This document shows positions 26,535-43,108 of a stretch of DNA of 64,000 bases, in pieces. Position 1 is the stretch's first letter. Each line of letters starts with the position of its first letter. Below the pieces are notes generated by a model that worked only from the letters and a program-made list of their open reading frames with translations, searched no databases and was not told the DNA's origin. The translations under genes were made by a program, and so were the position numbers. This stretch comes from Pseudogymnoascus verrucosus (Eukaryota). The stretch lies in assembly GCA_001662655.1 (NCBI GenBank), contig KV460234.1; one strand, written 5' to 3'.

Positions 26535-27453
26535 ATGGATGAAAACCCATCTCTCGTCCAGGAAGCCCGCAATAGGCGTGCCTCGTCAATACCCGTCGTT
26601 CTCATTCACGATGGCGGCGGCACTGCCTTCGGATACTATATCCTCGGCGAGCTGCACCCTGCGCGCGAGCTATGGGCGATCCGTAACCCCGACTACAACC
26701 GTAGTAAGCCGTATTCAATGACTATGGAGGAGATGGCACGAAATTATATTCGAATGATTGAATCAAGCGGGATCCGTGGCCCCATCTATCTCGGTGGTGA
26801 GCACTGCGACAGGACCCCTCCATCTCACCTCGTACTTTCGGTCATTATACAACCAACAGATACTAATTCCGTACAGGATGGTCACTCGGCGGCCTTCTCT
26901 CCGTTGTCATGGCCAATGAAATCTCCAAATCCACCACCCCCGTCTCCTTCTCCCTCGCCGGCATCCTCCTCATTGAGTCTCCATTCTATAGTCCCAAAAG
27001 CGAGTGTCCCCCAGTGCGCACTGTGGACTTTTCGCACCTCCCAGAGCATATCAGGAACTGTTTAAGCAGTTGTATGGTCATGCTGGAGGAGTGGTCGATG
27101 CCGACCACCGGCCCGGAAGGGTGGCTTCCGCCTGCGGTGCTCATTCGTTCGACTCAGCGCATGGTGGCAGGGCCTGGTGAGTCGAATGAGTTGCCTGCGA
27201 GAGTGGATTTGCGCCGAGATGATAAGATCCTGGGGTGGGGCCTCATAGGTCAGGAATTTATCATTGGAACTCTTGATGTGGAGTCAAATCACTACAATAT
27301 TTTTGATATGAACAAAGTAAGTTAGCACGTACCTTGATTAGAATATTTTGGGCTTTGCTGATTACACTTTGATAGATCGAAGAGGTAACATGGGCTATAA
27401 ACCGGGCATTGCAGATGCTGGATGCCAGTAGAGGCATAGGCATACTTACCTGA
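26535..27453 (+). CDS. Stand-alone thioesterase-domain alpha/beta hydrolase
   Basis: LIHDGGGT; GWSLGG nucleophile formed across intron 26797-26876; NHYNIF; second intron at about 27318-27374. Confidence 0.85.
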
Positions 27454-27697
27454 TGATATGGGTATTAGATTGCGCTCAAGTTCTAGTTCTATCTTAGATC
27501 ATCTCAATAGATTATTCACGGTCAATGCAAAGAAAATATAGAAATTGGTACTAATAGTCCTGTATGTGTGGTGAATATGTAAATTATATTATACCGTAAT
27601 TATGCCATGCCGAGGAAGCACAAATGCAACAATTGTCACTACTTAGACCCTCTAGCTCATCTGGCTGGTTCTTGACTTATTACAACCCATGCAATTT

Positions 27698-28981
27698 CTA
27701 TTGAGCGTGCGGTGCCTTCTGGATATCTCCAACGGTTTCGGGGATCTTCTCACTCGCTCCTAAGCTCCCGTCACTACCATGTCCTGTGTTTTCACCACTT
27801 TCCGCTCGTGCCAGAGGCACTACCTTGGGGCCTCTATTAAATCGTTTCTCCTTAGCATCAATGATAGCCTGTTGTTTGACTTCCCGTCTTTCATCTCGTG
27901 CCTTATTTCGTGCTATTTTTTCCTCATTCTTGTTGAAGAACGGATAGGTAGCTGCGGCCCAGCCAGCTTTGGTGAAACAGTACCCCGGATGCAGAAGAGT
28001 AAATGCGCCACACGCAATCATAATCATGGCGCCATCTAGTATCATGAATGATACTTCGTTGTTCGCAAGATGGCCGGCGAAGCCGCCAGAAAGCTCGGCG
28101 GCACGGAATACCGACCGCGTGAAGACACATACAGTAGCGAGAGTGAGGCCTATATTGGAAGTTTGTGAGCTGATGTTATAGATAGCAAACGGAAAAGGGA
28201 ACTGGGCTGTAAATAAAAATAATTATATGACGTGACTCACCTCCAAGGAAGAGCTTAAATCTCTGGGAGTTGTAGACGTCGGCATGGGTAGGGTTCAGAT
28301 GATTTCGGTTCTTGTACACCCGCAATGCAAACTCAACACCAATGATTGTAAAAGCTGTGAGACTTGCAACTTGGATGGCAAGACCAGCAACCATGATGTG
28401 AGTGCCGAGATCAATCTATTGTAAATTTAGCATCGATACTGTGAAGTTATCGTACGTATTGGGAAACAAACCATGGTCGGGTTGGTCAATGGGAAAATCG
28501 ACGCGATGACCCCCCCAACGGCCTGGATCAACAAGCTTAAAACATCGCATGCCACAAATACGAACGTGTACGTCCGAGGCTTCAGCCAGCTAATCTCTTC
28601 CCCAACAATAACCACAATTCTACCCAGGCAGAGATAGATAGCTGCTGCAAAGAAGACGGGCCCCAGCGTAAGACAGACCAAGTACAGCAAAAAATAAGGC
28701 CGATAGAAAGGGTTGCTGTGAAGAAGGATACGGCCGATGTAGCCCGCACTCTCAAGTACAAGGCCCGCAAGCATACACATACAGACTGAAGATGTACGGT
28801 ATTTGATACCCAGCCATATCTGGGCAAATATAAAGGCGCATATGAGAATAAGAAAGAACAGGTTCCCCCCCAACGACGGGATGTATTTCACAAACCCCCA
28901 TTGGTGGACATCGCAAGTGGCGAGAGTACAGACGAAGCCCTCAATATATCCTTCAGGAACAACGCGGCCGACAAGAGACAT
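27698..28981 (-). CDS. RTA1-like (Rsb1/Rta1) 7-TM lipid-translocating exporter
   Basis: [67 protein letters not shown]; 2 introns. Confidence 0.9.
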
Positions 28982-30436
28982 TTTGGCGCCTCGATTCTGT
29001 GTCTGAGGAAAGGAGACGGTTGCGTTACTAAAGGGGTTCAAGGCTCCCAAAGAGACGTAGTATGGCGGGGTCAGCAAGCGTAAAATCACACGTCTTGCTT
29101 TGCATCAAGGAAAGGGTGGCGGGGATTGTATTTAAAGGAGTCGGGATGCGAAGGATTTGCTTGTAATGGGGAGAATCAGTTCAACCATGCAGCTGCATCT
29201 TTTGACAGGCGGCGGAATAGTAGTTCCATTCTCCCATGTCATGAAATATCAATAAATGACGACGACCCGAGCCTAGTAGTAGCTGGGATACTTGTATTTT
29301 GGATACCCATGCCCCATGTCGAGTAGCGCCCCCTCCCATGCGTTTGATGAGTGTGGTTGTACTTGCATCCGATAATTCGCTAGGGGGTGCGCGAGGCTAC
29401 GAGCAAGACTGGTAACGGCTATATACCCCCGCAATTAGCAATGCCTAACGACTGACATGTGTGGGGTATTGATGTGGTCTTGATGCAGGGTCGTTCAAGG
29501 TTCAGGTAGCGACCGGGCCTGCTTCCGAAATATATTTGGATTGTGGGGTCCAAGAGTGGTGAAGCACCGTTGACGGGCAGGGGTGGCATGTTCCATTGTT
29601 CGAATGTAGACATAATGAAGTGTAGCCCTGCCGCGTTGTCTGTGGGGGCCAACAGAGTATAGGCAGCTAAAAGGCTCGGATCCTTCATGGGCCCATGTAC
29701 ACCCGCACAACTATTCAGCCGCGCAGGTTTATTGATTCCTTCTAGAAGGATTTTGCAATTCAGGCCGGGCAAAGCTGATGCGCTTGGCTCATTGGCGTCT
29801 CTCTGCAGCTATCAACATCGACTTCGGCGGTTCTATTTCAGCCACATTGTTTCGAGGCATTTAGCCACGAGCCGAACCCTTGACTCATTTGAATATGTTG
29901 GTCCGATCTATTAATTTCTTTCCTAGGGCGGCAGGGGTGGCTCAAGCCACAGCTGGGAAGGATTGGGGAAGCAACAACAGATGGCGCACGGAGATGGATG
30001 CTCCTGCTGGATATTTCCTTGCTTCGTACTAAAATTGACTGTCTTATATCGCCCAATGACAATTCCGTTGGCTGAACAAAGCTTCAATGCAACGGAGCTC
30101 CCCATATATCCAACCACTTCATCCTACGGTCATGCAGACGATGGCCATTACAGAATGGAACATATGTTTCTGGGAAGGGACTCGCTGTAAACTCGGAGTC
30201 GCATTTACACGCGGCAAAGAGAGCGACCCGAAATAAAGAAGAGATGGGGGCGAAAGTGTCGAGAGAGCGATCGAAATGGTGTAAACCAAGGAAGTGGCAT
30301 GCATCAATAATACGTATCTTGTATCCCCGATACCGCTCTTCTGTGTCACAGTTTCAGCTCCTGTGCGCCGTATAAAGCACGATTTAACAGCTACCGTAAT
30401 TATAGTTTTAAATCAAACAACCGTTATGAAACTGAT

Positions 30437-31551
30437 TCACTCAGACTGGCTTATTTCTGGCGCGTAAACCTCCCGTTGTAGCCATCCAGCAGCGTTTTCA
30501 TACATTTCGCGCCCCCGTTTCCTCATTCTCACTTTAGCGGCTCCAAATGCAACCCACTGATCAAAAGCTGGGTGACAGAGTTAGCTAATTCATTCATAGT
30601 TTCAAGGCTATCCGTACCATGGTCTTCACCAGGTATCTTCTCCCACTTCACCCCGTTCCTCTCCCATGCAAGGTCGGATCCGACTCTTTGACCGGGGCCG
30701 CAGTTTGCCATTTTCTCAGCCATAATTTCTGCTTGCCTGCAAAGAAGATCAAGCTCGCATCCAAAAATGCAAATCTTCGGCGGCAGGCTCTCTCTTGGGG
30801 CGAAGACGGGGCTGAGCATCGGATCCCTCAAATCCTGCCCTGCTTTAACATACCCCCAGCCAAACATCCAGAGTTGGTCTTGTGGCAAGGTAGTACCAGC
30901 ACCGTTTGGGTTTTCCCTCAACTCATCTGTGGTCGTGGGTAAGAAATTTGCTGGAGGATAAAATGCCACGAGCCCCCCAATTCTTCCCTGTAGAGTCTTA
31001 TTTTGAGAGACCGCGCAGGCTAGGTTTCCACCAGCGCTGAAGCCTCCGATGGCAACTTTTGACTTATCTATCGGTAGGGAATCATCATCTAAGACGGCGT
31101 TTACGAGGTCGGTCAACGCCTGAACGGCGGTGGGAAATCGATATGAAGGCGATTTGGGATAGTCGAGGCTTACAACAAGTATATTGTTGTTGTTTGAAAA
31201 ATTAGAACAGAAACCGTCGTCTGCCACAGGGTTTGTCCATGAAAACCCGCCGCCATGCATATGAATGTAGACAGGGAGTGACGAGCCGCCGGGTTTGTAA
31301 GACCGCGGTATGTAGATACGATTCGTTAGTGATCGGTGACAGGAATACCTCTTCTTGAAGGTGGGTTGTATAGATCTATCGCAGATACCAGGGATACTCA
31401 GTAAACCCAATACGAGGTCGAAAAGTAATTTGACCAGATGAAGCGTGACGAGGTATCTCAGTCTTTGGAGAATGGGAAGGCTTCCGGCGTGAGTTTTTGA
31501 GCCTATCAACGGGGTCGTAGTGGACGAGACTGGTGCGTCGGGATCTGCCAT
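30437..31551 (-). CDS. Hormone-sensitive-lipase-family alpha/beta hydrolase (intron 30568-30617)
   Basis: HGGGF, GFSAGGNL, DPMLSP, ELD, and HAFD formed across the intron. Confidence 0.88.
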
Positions 31552-32305
31552 GGCTAAGCTTGGGAGACTATGGAAAACGAACGGACTTATCACAGATTTC
31601 GGGAGCTTCAAATGGGAGCTAGGAGGGGCTTTTTGCTCGTATCTCGTAAACACCGCTAGGCCCCTCCATTGATCTGTCCTCCATCTTGTTTGTGTCCAAC
31701 TGCCGACAATGCGGTGTGGTCTGTGCACCATCGGAAATGCCATATCCAGATCACCGACTTCCCCGGTTGACATCGTATTCGGCCCATCGAGGGATCAGCA
31801 ATATCGCCAAGGGAGTCTTTGAGACACTTCGATCACCCATATCCGTCTTTCCGCGCGATATTTGGACATTTGGAACTTGCTCAGCCAGTATTCTCACCTG
31901 TCCTGTCTGCAGCTTCAAGAGATCGGCGCAGGCAAGCTTGGACATGTCGGAGACCTTTTTACAGTTTCCACCAATACCAACAGTGCTTGCCACTACCCGA
32001 TTGCGGATTCACATAAGCCCGTGAAAGCTTAACTCGATTTAGATGTGATGGCGCTTGCCACCTTCCCCATTGCGGGTGGCGCATAAGCTTATTTAATGAC
32101 TATGCCTGCATGATTAGAATGAACTTCATGCAGTATGTTTGGTAAGAAGTAGATCCAATTTCCATGTTTGGGCATTGAGAGATGTCCGGGTTCGCCGAGA
32201 ATATGGCTATATAAGAGTTCTTAAATGCCAGAGGTAAAGTTAAATATCACATCTACTCATTTCCCATTCCAATTCTCATTCAAACAACCACAAACCACCG
32301 CCATC

Positions 32306-33082
32306 ATGTCTCTCCGTACAACTATTTCTATCGTTTCGGTCCTGTTGGCGATGCAATCAGGCGTCATGGCTGCGCTTAACCCAAATTGTGCTCCAGGAGG
32401 AAACTTCGATATGAAGCCCTGGAAGCTGCAGCTTCCCATCGGCAACCCAGGACAGCCACAGACCATCTCTAGCTCGCAATTGCAAGGCTGTGGTGGCTAC
32501 CAGGACCCTGGGCACAAATATTTCTTCACTGAGAGTGGGGATGGTGCTCTTGTGATGAAAGTCCCTGGATCTCCAGACTCGGCGGGCTGCGTCACGACCC
32601 CAAACAGCAAGCACTGCCGGACTGAGCTTCGAGAGGCCAACCCTTCGGACGGGTCTGCTGCGAGCTGGAGCCCAAACGCAGCTAAAAATAGACTGTATGC
32701 GTCTCTATCTGTTGCGTATGCCGACGAATCCAGCCATGGCAGTGTTATCGGTCAGATTCACATCGATGACAGTATCTCAACGAAGCCAGTTTGCGAGCTC
32801 TTCTACAACTCCAAGGGTGATATTTCGATGGGAGTCGAGCAGACGAGAGCAGGCAACAATTTACTTTTCACGCCCATTGGGAATATTCCTGTTGGCCAAC
32901 AGTTCTCGTACGAAATTCGATACGAGAGCAATGTCTTGTCGGTCGGGATCAATGGCGGTGCCCAAAAAGTGCTCGACACTTATCAGTTGAATGCCCCCAA
33001 CAGCTACTTCAAGGTTGGAAATTATAACCAAGGGAACAATCCGTCCGACATGCACTTTCTTGCTATTGTTGTTACTCATTAG
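32306..33082 (+). CDS. Secreted polysaccharide lyase family 7 (alginate/glucuronan lyase fold), intronless
   Basis: Signal peptide; WKLQLP, RTELRE, QIH, YFKVGNYNQ motifs. Confidence 0.92.
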   Translation: MSLRTTISIVSVLLAMQSGVMAALNPNCAPGGNFDMKPWKLQLPIGNPGQPQTISSSQLQGCGGYQDPGHKYFFTESGDGALVMKVPGSPDSAGCVTTPNSKHCRTELREANPSDGSAASWSPNAAKNRLYASLSVAYADESSHGSVIGQIHIDDSISTKPVCELFYNSKGDISMGVEQTRAGNNLLFTPIGNIPVGQQFSYEIRYESNVLSVGINGGAQKVLDTYQLNAPNSYFKVGNYNQGNNPSDMHFLAIVVTH

Positions 33083-33295
33083 ATCTGTGGAGGCCTTTAT
33101 AAGCCGACATAGGCACCTAACGGGCTATTCACCGGGAATCTGTTCGTCAACACTGTAACGAGTTTCCCTTGGAGCTGTCGTAATAAGTCGTCAATCAGAG
33201 ATAAATAAGACCAAGAATTCTCACACCTGTTCAAAGTATGTGATTAATGAGTGACTTTGCACTGATTCATTAATTGTAATCCCAGGGCTCCCATG

Positions 33296-35838
33296 TCACA
33301 GAGGAGTCTCAGTAGCAATGTTCGGGCGTAGAAACCTTGAATCGAACCCCTGTTCAACCTGCCAAGTGCTCGCTGGAGCAATAGAGTTTGCGAAGAACTC
33401 AAGGAGACCCTGATCATTGTCCGTTGACCCCGACGTATTTGACACAGGTGGCTGGTTCATACCCACCGTCGTAGATTGCATGTTATTGCCAGCAGACTGC
33501 CACCACTGGAAATCCCCTGGTTGCCATGGAGGGAACAATTGCATTGAGGTATCACCCATATAGCCCATGTCTCCTGTTCCGTTTTGATTCTGTCTTTCTT
33601 GGCTAGAGCTGGCAGCTAAATTGCTCAGGCGTCTTGTTACAGAAGGCGGTGGTTGGCCGCTCTCTGGCGATGGATGGCGTGTCGCGGGGGTGGACACACT
33701 AGTTGCATTGAAGAGATTATTCCAACTTTCCGTCTCCGATGGTGGTGGTGATATAAGGAAAGGATATCGACAGAGCAAGTCGATGGTGTGGTTCGTAGGC
33801 GTTTCCCTGGCTACAGAACCGTCCGTTCTAGAATATGTAAGTGACGTACTCTTGGGTATAGAGCACTACATACCTTTGATTTCCATCGTCATTCCCACAC
33901 ACAAGCTCCCATAGCCCAGCTTGCTGTATGAGATCGCAGCATTCTTGATGCTATTCAATTGTTAAGACGTAATAGCCAGGAATCAATTGTTAGGACAACT
34001 TACAACTTTGTCAGCCAAAATAATAGTTTCTTTGGTGTTTGCTAGAGCTTTAATATTAATCTTTAAAAGCTGTGACATCTCTCTACATGACTCTGCACTT
34101 GTCGGTTGTTGCTGGATTGTCTCATTTGCAAGCTGAATCGTCACCGAGTCGAGAATACAAAAACTAAGCCATGGATCGCGGAATAGGTGGTCCGGTTCTA
34201 CTCTGAGCACCTTCTCAAGGAGGCGGCTTATCTGTTGAGCATGATAGAGACATCTATCGCGGCATTTTTGAAAGAATTCAGCTAGCGCTGGCGCGTTGGG
34301 ATCATCATCACTAGTTGCGCCACGGTCCTGTATCCAGCTTCCAAACAAATCGCATCCACATTGATGGTACCAGACATGGACCATAAGAAACATGTCGAGA
34401 TGTCGGCTTGTACGGAAGGTGTACATATGGCGCTCTTCGAATGTCATATTAGGCGGTAACTTCTTACGCCAGTCCTCAAGCTCTTTTACAACTCGGTAAA
34501 ACTGGGATGTTTCCATCCACGGGGGTTCCATGTTATATTCTCGCTGGTCCCGAATAAAACTACGTGCCTGTGAGTACGTGGATTTCGGTTTGTTGTGTAG
34601 ACTCACTTTGTGATCCGCCTCTTTAGGGCAAGAATCCTTATAAAATACCCGTTTGGATTTGTTGCATGATAGGCTGCCGCGTCATTTGACTCGTCATGGA
34701 GGAGAAGCGTTGTACATGGAGTACCTTGGGTAAAATTCCACAGATTGCAAGGTAATCCCAAGTTACACACTGCTTCATCACTTACGTGCATCTCGTCGGA
34801 AGCAAGCAAAATATCTGCTCCAAAAACAGACCACATCAAACGACGACTGCATTCGTCTTTGAGAAACGTCCCAGAGTCGCTCATAGGTGAGTCTGGTTGC
34901 TGGGCTGTCGGGTGGTTTAGTTTTAACTGAAGTGCCATTCGGATAGATATTCCTACATCAATATGGTCAGCAAATTTCAGGGGTAGGGCGCCAAGTATGA
35001 CAAGAGGAGGAATACTACCCGTCAAATTCCATGCAGAGGTAATATCAGCTTCATGGATATCGTGCATTGCCAGAGTCTGTAGGGCCAATATGGGAAGTGT
35101 GGAAATTTGGTCCAAGCTCTCCATCACCATGGATTTTGCTTCAGCGACCCAACTTCTACCTTTAGCCTTGCTCTCTGGATCCTCGAGAAACTTTGCAGAA
35201 ACTCCACAAATCGCTAATAAAAGCAGCCTCGGCGACTTCTCAAACGCTTCGCAAAGAACTCCTGGGTGCAAGACATTGTTGAGACATATGGGATGAACAT
35301 TGGATAGGTATGAGTCAAGATATGGCAACAGAGCAGGGCCAGCAGGTAGCCGGGGCGAGCTAGGTCTATGTTGTTATTAGCTGAGTATCCATATGACAGA
35401 GTGATGCTATTACAGCCTCGAACTTCCACGAGAGCTTATTCCCATATCGATATCTTGCCTGGTAGATGCAACACTCCCGCTTTGGTGACAGTCATGGTTG
35501 TAATCTACCTCCATGGTTTCCATCGGAATATTACCTTGGCTGTCTGGAATATTTAATAGCTGTGATACTGGGACGGATCTCTCGGGTTGTGATTGGCGCC
35601 CTTGCTCATAGATGCAACTGATACCACGGCGGACGCATACTGAACATGATGGCTTGCCAGCATCACATTTAAGCTTCTTTTTGCGGCATGTTTCACACGC
35701 CACGGACGTTCTAAGACGTTTATGGCCCGCACGAGTAACTTCCCCAGACACGAGCTCCTCGCTGTTGGGGCGAGAGGCTATCATATACATCAGCACCAAA
35801 CAAGTAGGGGATATACTACTCCTGTCATACCTTGCCAT
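33296..35838 (-). CDS. Zn2Cys6 transcription factor (multi-exon; start approximate)
   Basis: ACETCRKKKLKCDAGKPSCSVC....C; IRMALQLKL, RRLMWS. Confidence 0.85.
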
Positions 35839-36751
35839 CTGCATTCAAGCCCAAGTTTCTCACACCGCAAACATAAACCTAGACGGCCATCACATTTTAC
35901 CTGTCAATCTTAGCAACGACCAAGAACATCCGCATCGTTGGGTATCTTACTTTTCGAAAGCGACAAGTTGAGCATCCTACATTTCTCGCATCAGTACTGT
36001 AGCATTTTGTTAGAGCTAGACATACCAGTCATTATTAGACTAATTTATGAGGATCCTCATAGCAAATATCTTCCAACAGTAGCAGAGAAGTCATCCAGAG
36101 GAGTCCGGTAACTCGGTGTCAAGGCTAGCTTTCGCTGGTCACCAACTAACCCCTGTGGCATGGCGCCACCGCGGTTACCCCGCAAATACGCATCGATTCC
36201 ACGTTTATTGAATTTAAGTCAGGTGATATGGAAATTTTCCATCATAAATACTGTGCTTTCTATTTCACTGAGGGAATCGGTGTCATAGTATAATAGTAGC
36301 TATATTTTCATGGCGAAGCCGTGGACTCCTCTGGTCATTGTAGGGGTTCTTCGATAGCGCAGAGTTATTTACATCCCACGTGATAGTACAGGTGAACATA
36401 TGCCTGTCCTTATACTCCTATCAGTCTGTACGGCGTCTTTGTATCCGGTTCTTCTACGGCGTTTACTTTCCTCCAGAGGGCATAGTGGTGAAGCAGCAGT
36501 GTCACGCCATGGCGGCTAACTTGACGTCAATTGGAAATGTGGGTCAGCTTCGGATGTCGCGATGGTGGACGGATATCGGCGGACGGAAGTCGCAAAAATG
36601 GTAATTGCAACCTGGGTGGGTGATGAAAATAAAGATATTAATTGCAAATAAGACAAAATAAACAAGAGTATTCGCTTCTAATATACTTTAATAATACGTG
36701 AATCTTCAATCGCTATTTAGCTCCCCAGAAAGGCTTCTCATGTCCCAAATA

Positions 36752-38563
36752 TCAATTCTTTGTGATATCTCGGCCTGGCTCATTGGAGGACTGAGTATCG
36801 ATGTCAACATTGTCACCCTTGAGGGTTTTGTCTCCTCGGAAAAACACCTCTTCCATCTCTTCTAGGCTCTTTCCGGCGGTCTTAATAAGTTTGTTAGTAT
36901 TCTCCTTGGGTAGATAGTAGGGCCTCAAACATACCTCTCTCAGCACGAAGAAAGAATAAACAATAATCGCATAATTGAAGATAGCGAACATGAGAAATGT
37001 TCTCCACCCAATGTTTGAGACTGCGTATGGCGTGATCTGGGAAAGTGCAAAGTTGAACAGCCATTGCGACGCAGCTCCGACAGCAATTCCAATCTCTCGG
37101 ATCCGAGTGGGGAATATTTCTCCAAGATATATCCTAATAATACATTAGCTTCGTCCGGAAAGCTAGAGTGGGGCACATACCATGCAACAGGCCCCCAAGA
37201 CAGATTGTATGATGCAGACTCGCAGTACACCATGAGAACTGCCGCGATAGCAGAATGTGATATGCTGTCTCCAGGCTTCCCTGGGGGGAACTTCGCGACA
37301 ATGATGGCGATAATAAGCATGAACGTTCCCATAGCTGCAGCGCCGCCCATAAAAGCAGTCTTTCTGCCAATTCTACCAACGACGAAAAGCTAAACCACGG
37401 TCAGATCATGGCTAGGAATTAGATAAGTTGACTTACACAAAAGGTTGAAACTGCTACAACTTTGACGACTCCGAAGAAGCCAGTGATTAAGGCCGTTGAG
37501 TTACCAGCACCGACGCTTGTAAAGATCTGGGGGGCATAATACGCAAGTGAAGTGTTGCCCGTTAATTGGGCAGCTATATATAAAGTCAGCCTATACTTCA
37601 GTAACAAGTTCAAACGGGAGAAACGTACAGAGTTGCATGGTGATGGCAATAAAAAGTCGGTATCGGTTGGAAGGGAGCAACAGTTCCTTGTAAGTGACGC
37701 CCTCTGAAATGCGGCTCTCCTCTTCAATTCCAGCAACGATCTCTGCAAATTCATCTTGTACCTCTTCAGAGTCGCCGCCACGAACCCAGATTAAATTTTC
37801 GAGGGCCTGTTCATTTCTCCCTCTCTTTACTAGCCAGCGTGGGCTTTCCTTGACAAGAATCATGCCCAAGCCTAAAATGCCACCGGGAACTGGATTTCAA
37901 CAGTTAGTATGTGACACTCACAGACTCTGAACAATGGGGGAGCTCACGTAACTGAAGCCCAATTGGGATTTGCCATTGCTTCGTACTCGGTTCTACATGC
38001 TTTTGCACAGCGTAGTTTACCCAGTAGCTTACACAGACGCCGATTGCAAAGAATAGCTGGAATCCAGACCCGAGTTGTCCACGGATGTTTTTCGGGGCCA
38101 TTTCTGCGGAGTACATGGGAACAAGGACGGTGGCTGCACCTACGCCAAAACCGGATATGACTCTGCCAGCGTAAAAACAGGCAATGGAGCCCGTATTGAC
38201 CACTTGAAGAATTCCGCCCACGATGAACACGGCAGAGCTGATAACCATGGACCAGCGTCGGCCTAGGCGCGCAGTGATGGGCCATATCACGAAACATCCG
38301 AAAAATGCACCGGCTTGCAGAATACTAACAGCATTGGCGTTGATGGACTTGGATTGTGCCTTAGTATAGTTGAAGTCTTTCTGGAATGCTGCGAGGGTGA
38401 GAACTCCACCAACGATTCCGGTGTCGTAGGCAAACAGAAATGATCTGAGGACATATCAGTATCAGTATAAATCGTAGGGATGTTTGATAAAGATGTCAGC
38501 TTACCCAACACAGCAAAGAACCGCAACATAAGTGGCGCGAAAGTTACCCAGCGCAGTACCCAT
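36752..38563 (-). CDS. MFS sugar porter (quinate-permease-like), multi-exon
   Basis: FAYDTGIVGG, GRR, GRVISGFGVG, PMYSAEMAP..IRG, ESPRWL, GPVAW, ETAGKSLEEM. Confidence 0.92.
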
Positions 38564-39104
38564 TGTGATATATTTCCTGAGGGTCCAAGATTATTTGATT
38601 GACGAATATTTGGGAGCAAGTGAAGGGAATTACTGCAACTTATGTATCGCTCGGAGATGTCACAAACCAAAGACGCCATGGCGTGCTCTCCATCCAGGCA
38701 ACGTCGAGGATATCCGCCAACAAGGGAGCCATGCCTTCAACACGCGTTGACCTTCGTTCTAGTAATAATTTGGCGTTGCTGTCAGCGACCCATTTCATGC
38801 GGGGGCCTCCGTGCCAGGGGTAGCTGCAATCGGTAGTCTCTCTTTAGGGGCGGGCTAAGCTAGCGCGAGCGACATCCACGTCGTCGTTCGACGAGTTCCG
38901 AGATTCTCCACAGCGACTTCCGACGACGCTCGGCCGCGGTAGGTGCTGAAAATGGTGGTGGAGGCCGACTTCCATTTGGCTTCGGATGATAAGGGCTCCT
39001 TGAGTTACCCCTCAGGGTATCGGCAGTTTTATTGTGAGAGGGGTAAATATATATACTTTGGAGAAATCCTTCTCAACCTATAATTGTCAATTCTATGTAA
39101 TTAA

Positions 39105-41285
<2,181 letters not shown>

Positions 41286-41383
41286 TTTATATATGCTGTG
41301 GTAGTCATATTACTATATTATAGCATGTATATTTTCAATTGTCCAACAACGCTGGTGACGTCTGGAAAGCATCCCTTGTATTA

Positions 41384-43108
41384 TCACGTATTCCCCGTAT
41401 AATGACCTTGCGGCCCGGTCGTGAAATCTCCCCTCTGCTCCAAACTGCTCACTCTACCCAGTAAGAACTCCAACTGCCGATATGCAGCTCCTGGCACATA
41501 TTGAGGGATCATGTGCCCCGCCAAATTGACCGTGACGAACGTCAGACCTCTCTCTGTGTGCGTCACACCCTGGAAACCACCACCTGCCGTATCAGTGAAC
41601 ACATGTGTCTCAATACCGTTGGCGTACTGGAGGATCTCGCCGTTGGTTTGGTGGTACGGCACATAGAAGTTCTGCTCCTTGAAGGGCGACGTCTGGAAAC
41701 CCTGGGCGCCGTTCCAGGTCATGTTCTGGATGGAGATAAGGGACCCGTTGGCGAAGAGGAGGAAGTCGAGCATGCCGTGGCCGATGATTGTGTTGTTCGT
41801 GCGCTCAATGACGCTTGGGAGTGGGCCGAGACTGGACTCGATTGACTTGTCACCGTGAGGGAAGAGGTTGTCGCCACCTCCACAGACCATGTAGTTTGTT
41901 GGTGGCGCGTTGATGGCTTTCTGTACGTCAGTGCGGTTGAAGTAGTTATTTGGTCCTCCGGCCATAGATGGGAAACCGAGCAAGTTCCACTGATATGGGC
42001 AGTAATCTGTCAAGTGGTATATGTTGAAGCAGGGATTTTCATAGTATGCCGCGTTGTAGACCTCATCGAAGATATCACAGCCGGGCTCCTTCCAGCTGGG
42101 AGCGGCGGGGATTTTGCTAGATGGCGGGAACTCCGTGGTCCACTTGTTGAAGAAATCAGTGTATCCACAGCTATCTGCGCGAGCTGTGATGTTTGCAATG
42201 AAGCTCTCGTTCAAGTTGATCACATTGTTGAAGTAATTCAGCGCAGGCACAATAGGTGCTGCAATTGTTAGTTTGGTACTCTTTTGCTATGGATTGGAGA
42301 GTGCTTACCGTGGAGCAGGACGTCGTCTGTGTTGATGGAAGGGTCATTAATCTGAACACCCTTCACATTGAAGTACTTCTCGTCCTTCGTATCCAGCATA
42401 CCGCTCGCAATATATGGGATATACTGCCCAGCGTAACTTTCTCCCGTGATATATATTTTGTATCCTTGCATAGAAAAGGTATCAATGAAGTTCTTCCAGA
42501 AACCCATGAATTGCTCTGCAACATCGTTCTCGTCGTCAACGAGAATACTGCCGGGTGAGAAACCCGTGCTGACTGGCTGATCGATGTATATCATATTGGT
42601 AAGGTTAACCCATGAGTATGGGTTTGCGAATGGCGCATAGGTTCCGGGCTGCCATAGGAAAGGCCCATTTTCCTGGAACAGGCCGTCCAAGGAGCTGCAG
42701 CCTGGACCACCGTTGAGCCAAATTGTGATCTCCTTCTTCGCCGCTGGGTTCGAAGACGGAAAGAACCAGAACCACAATCTGTTTTCGTCATCTTTCTTGC
42801 TGGAAATCGGCAGGGTGCCCGCATACGACTCCCCAATATTGAAGTCCACCTCTGGCAATGCAGAGCCATTGACGGCGAATTCTAGACGTGATCAGCCACG
42901 GAATACTGGGAGCCAAGGGGCAAATGGTCATACTGGCAGTTTTCTTGTTCAGGAAGTGAGCAGAGTTCGCCGCACGCGATGCATGTTTTGATACCATGGG
43001 TTCCGCTGATCTCTTCTGCACATACTTTGCAGCCTTCTCGTGCGGGTTCTGGGCGGCTGTCACCACCGACGCAGCGAGGAGCAGCAAGAGAGCACGGATA
43101 GTCTGCAT
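41384..43108 (-). CDS. Secreted serine carboxypeptidase (S10)
   Basis: Signal peptide; [31 protein letters not shown]; 2 introns. Confidence 0.93.
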
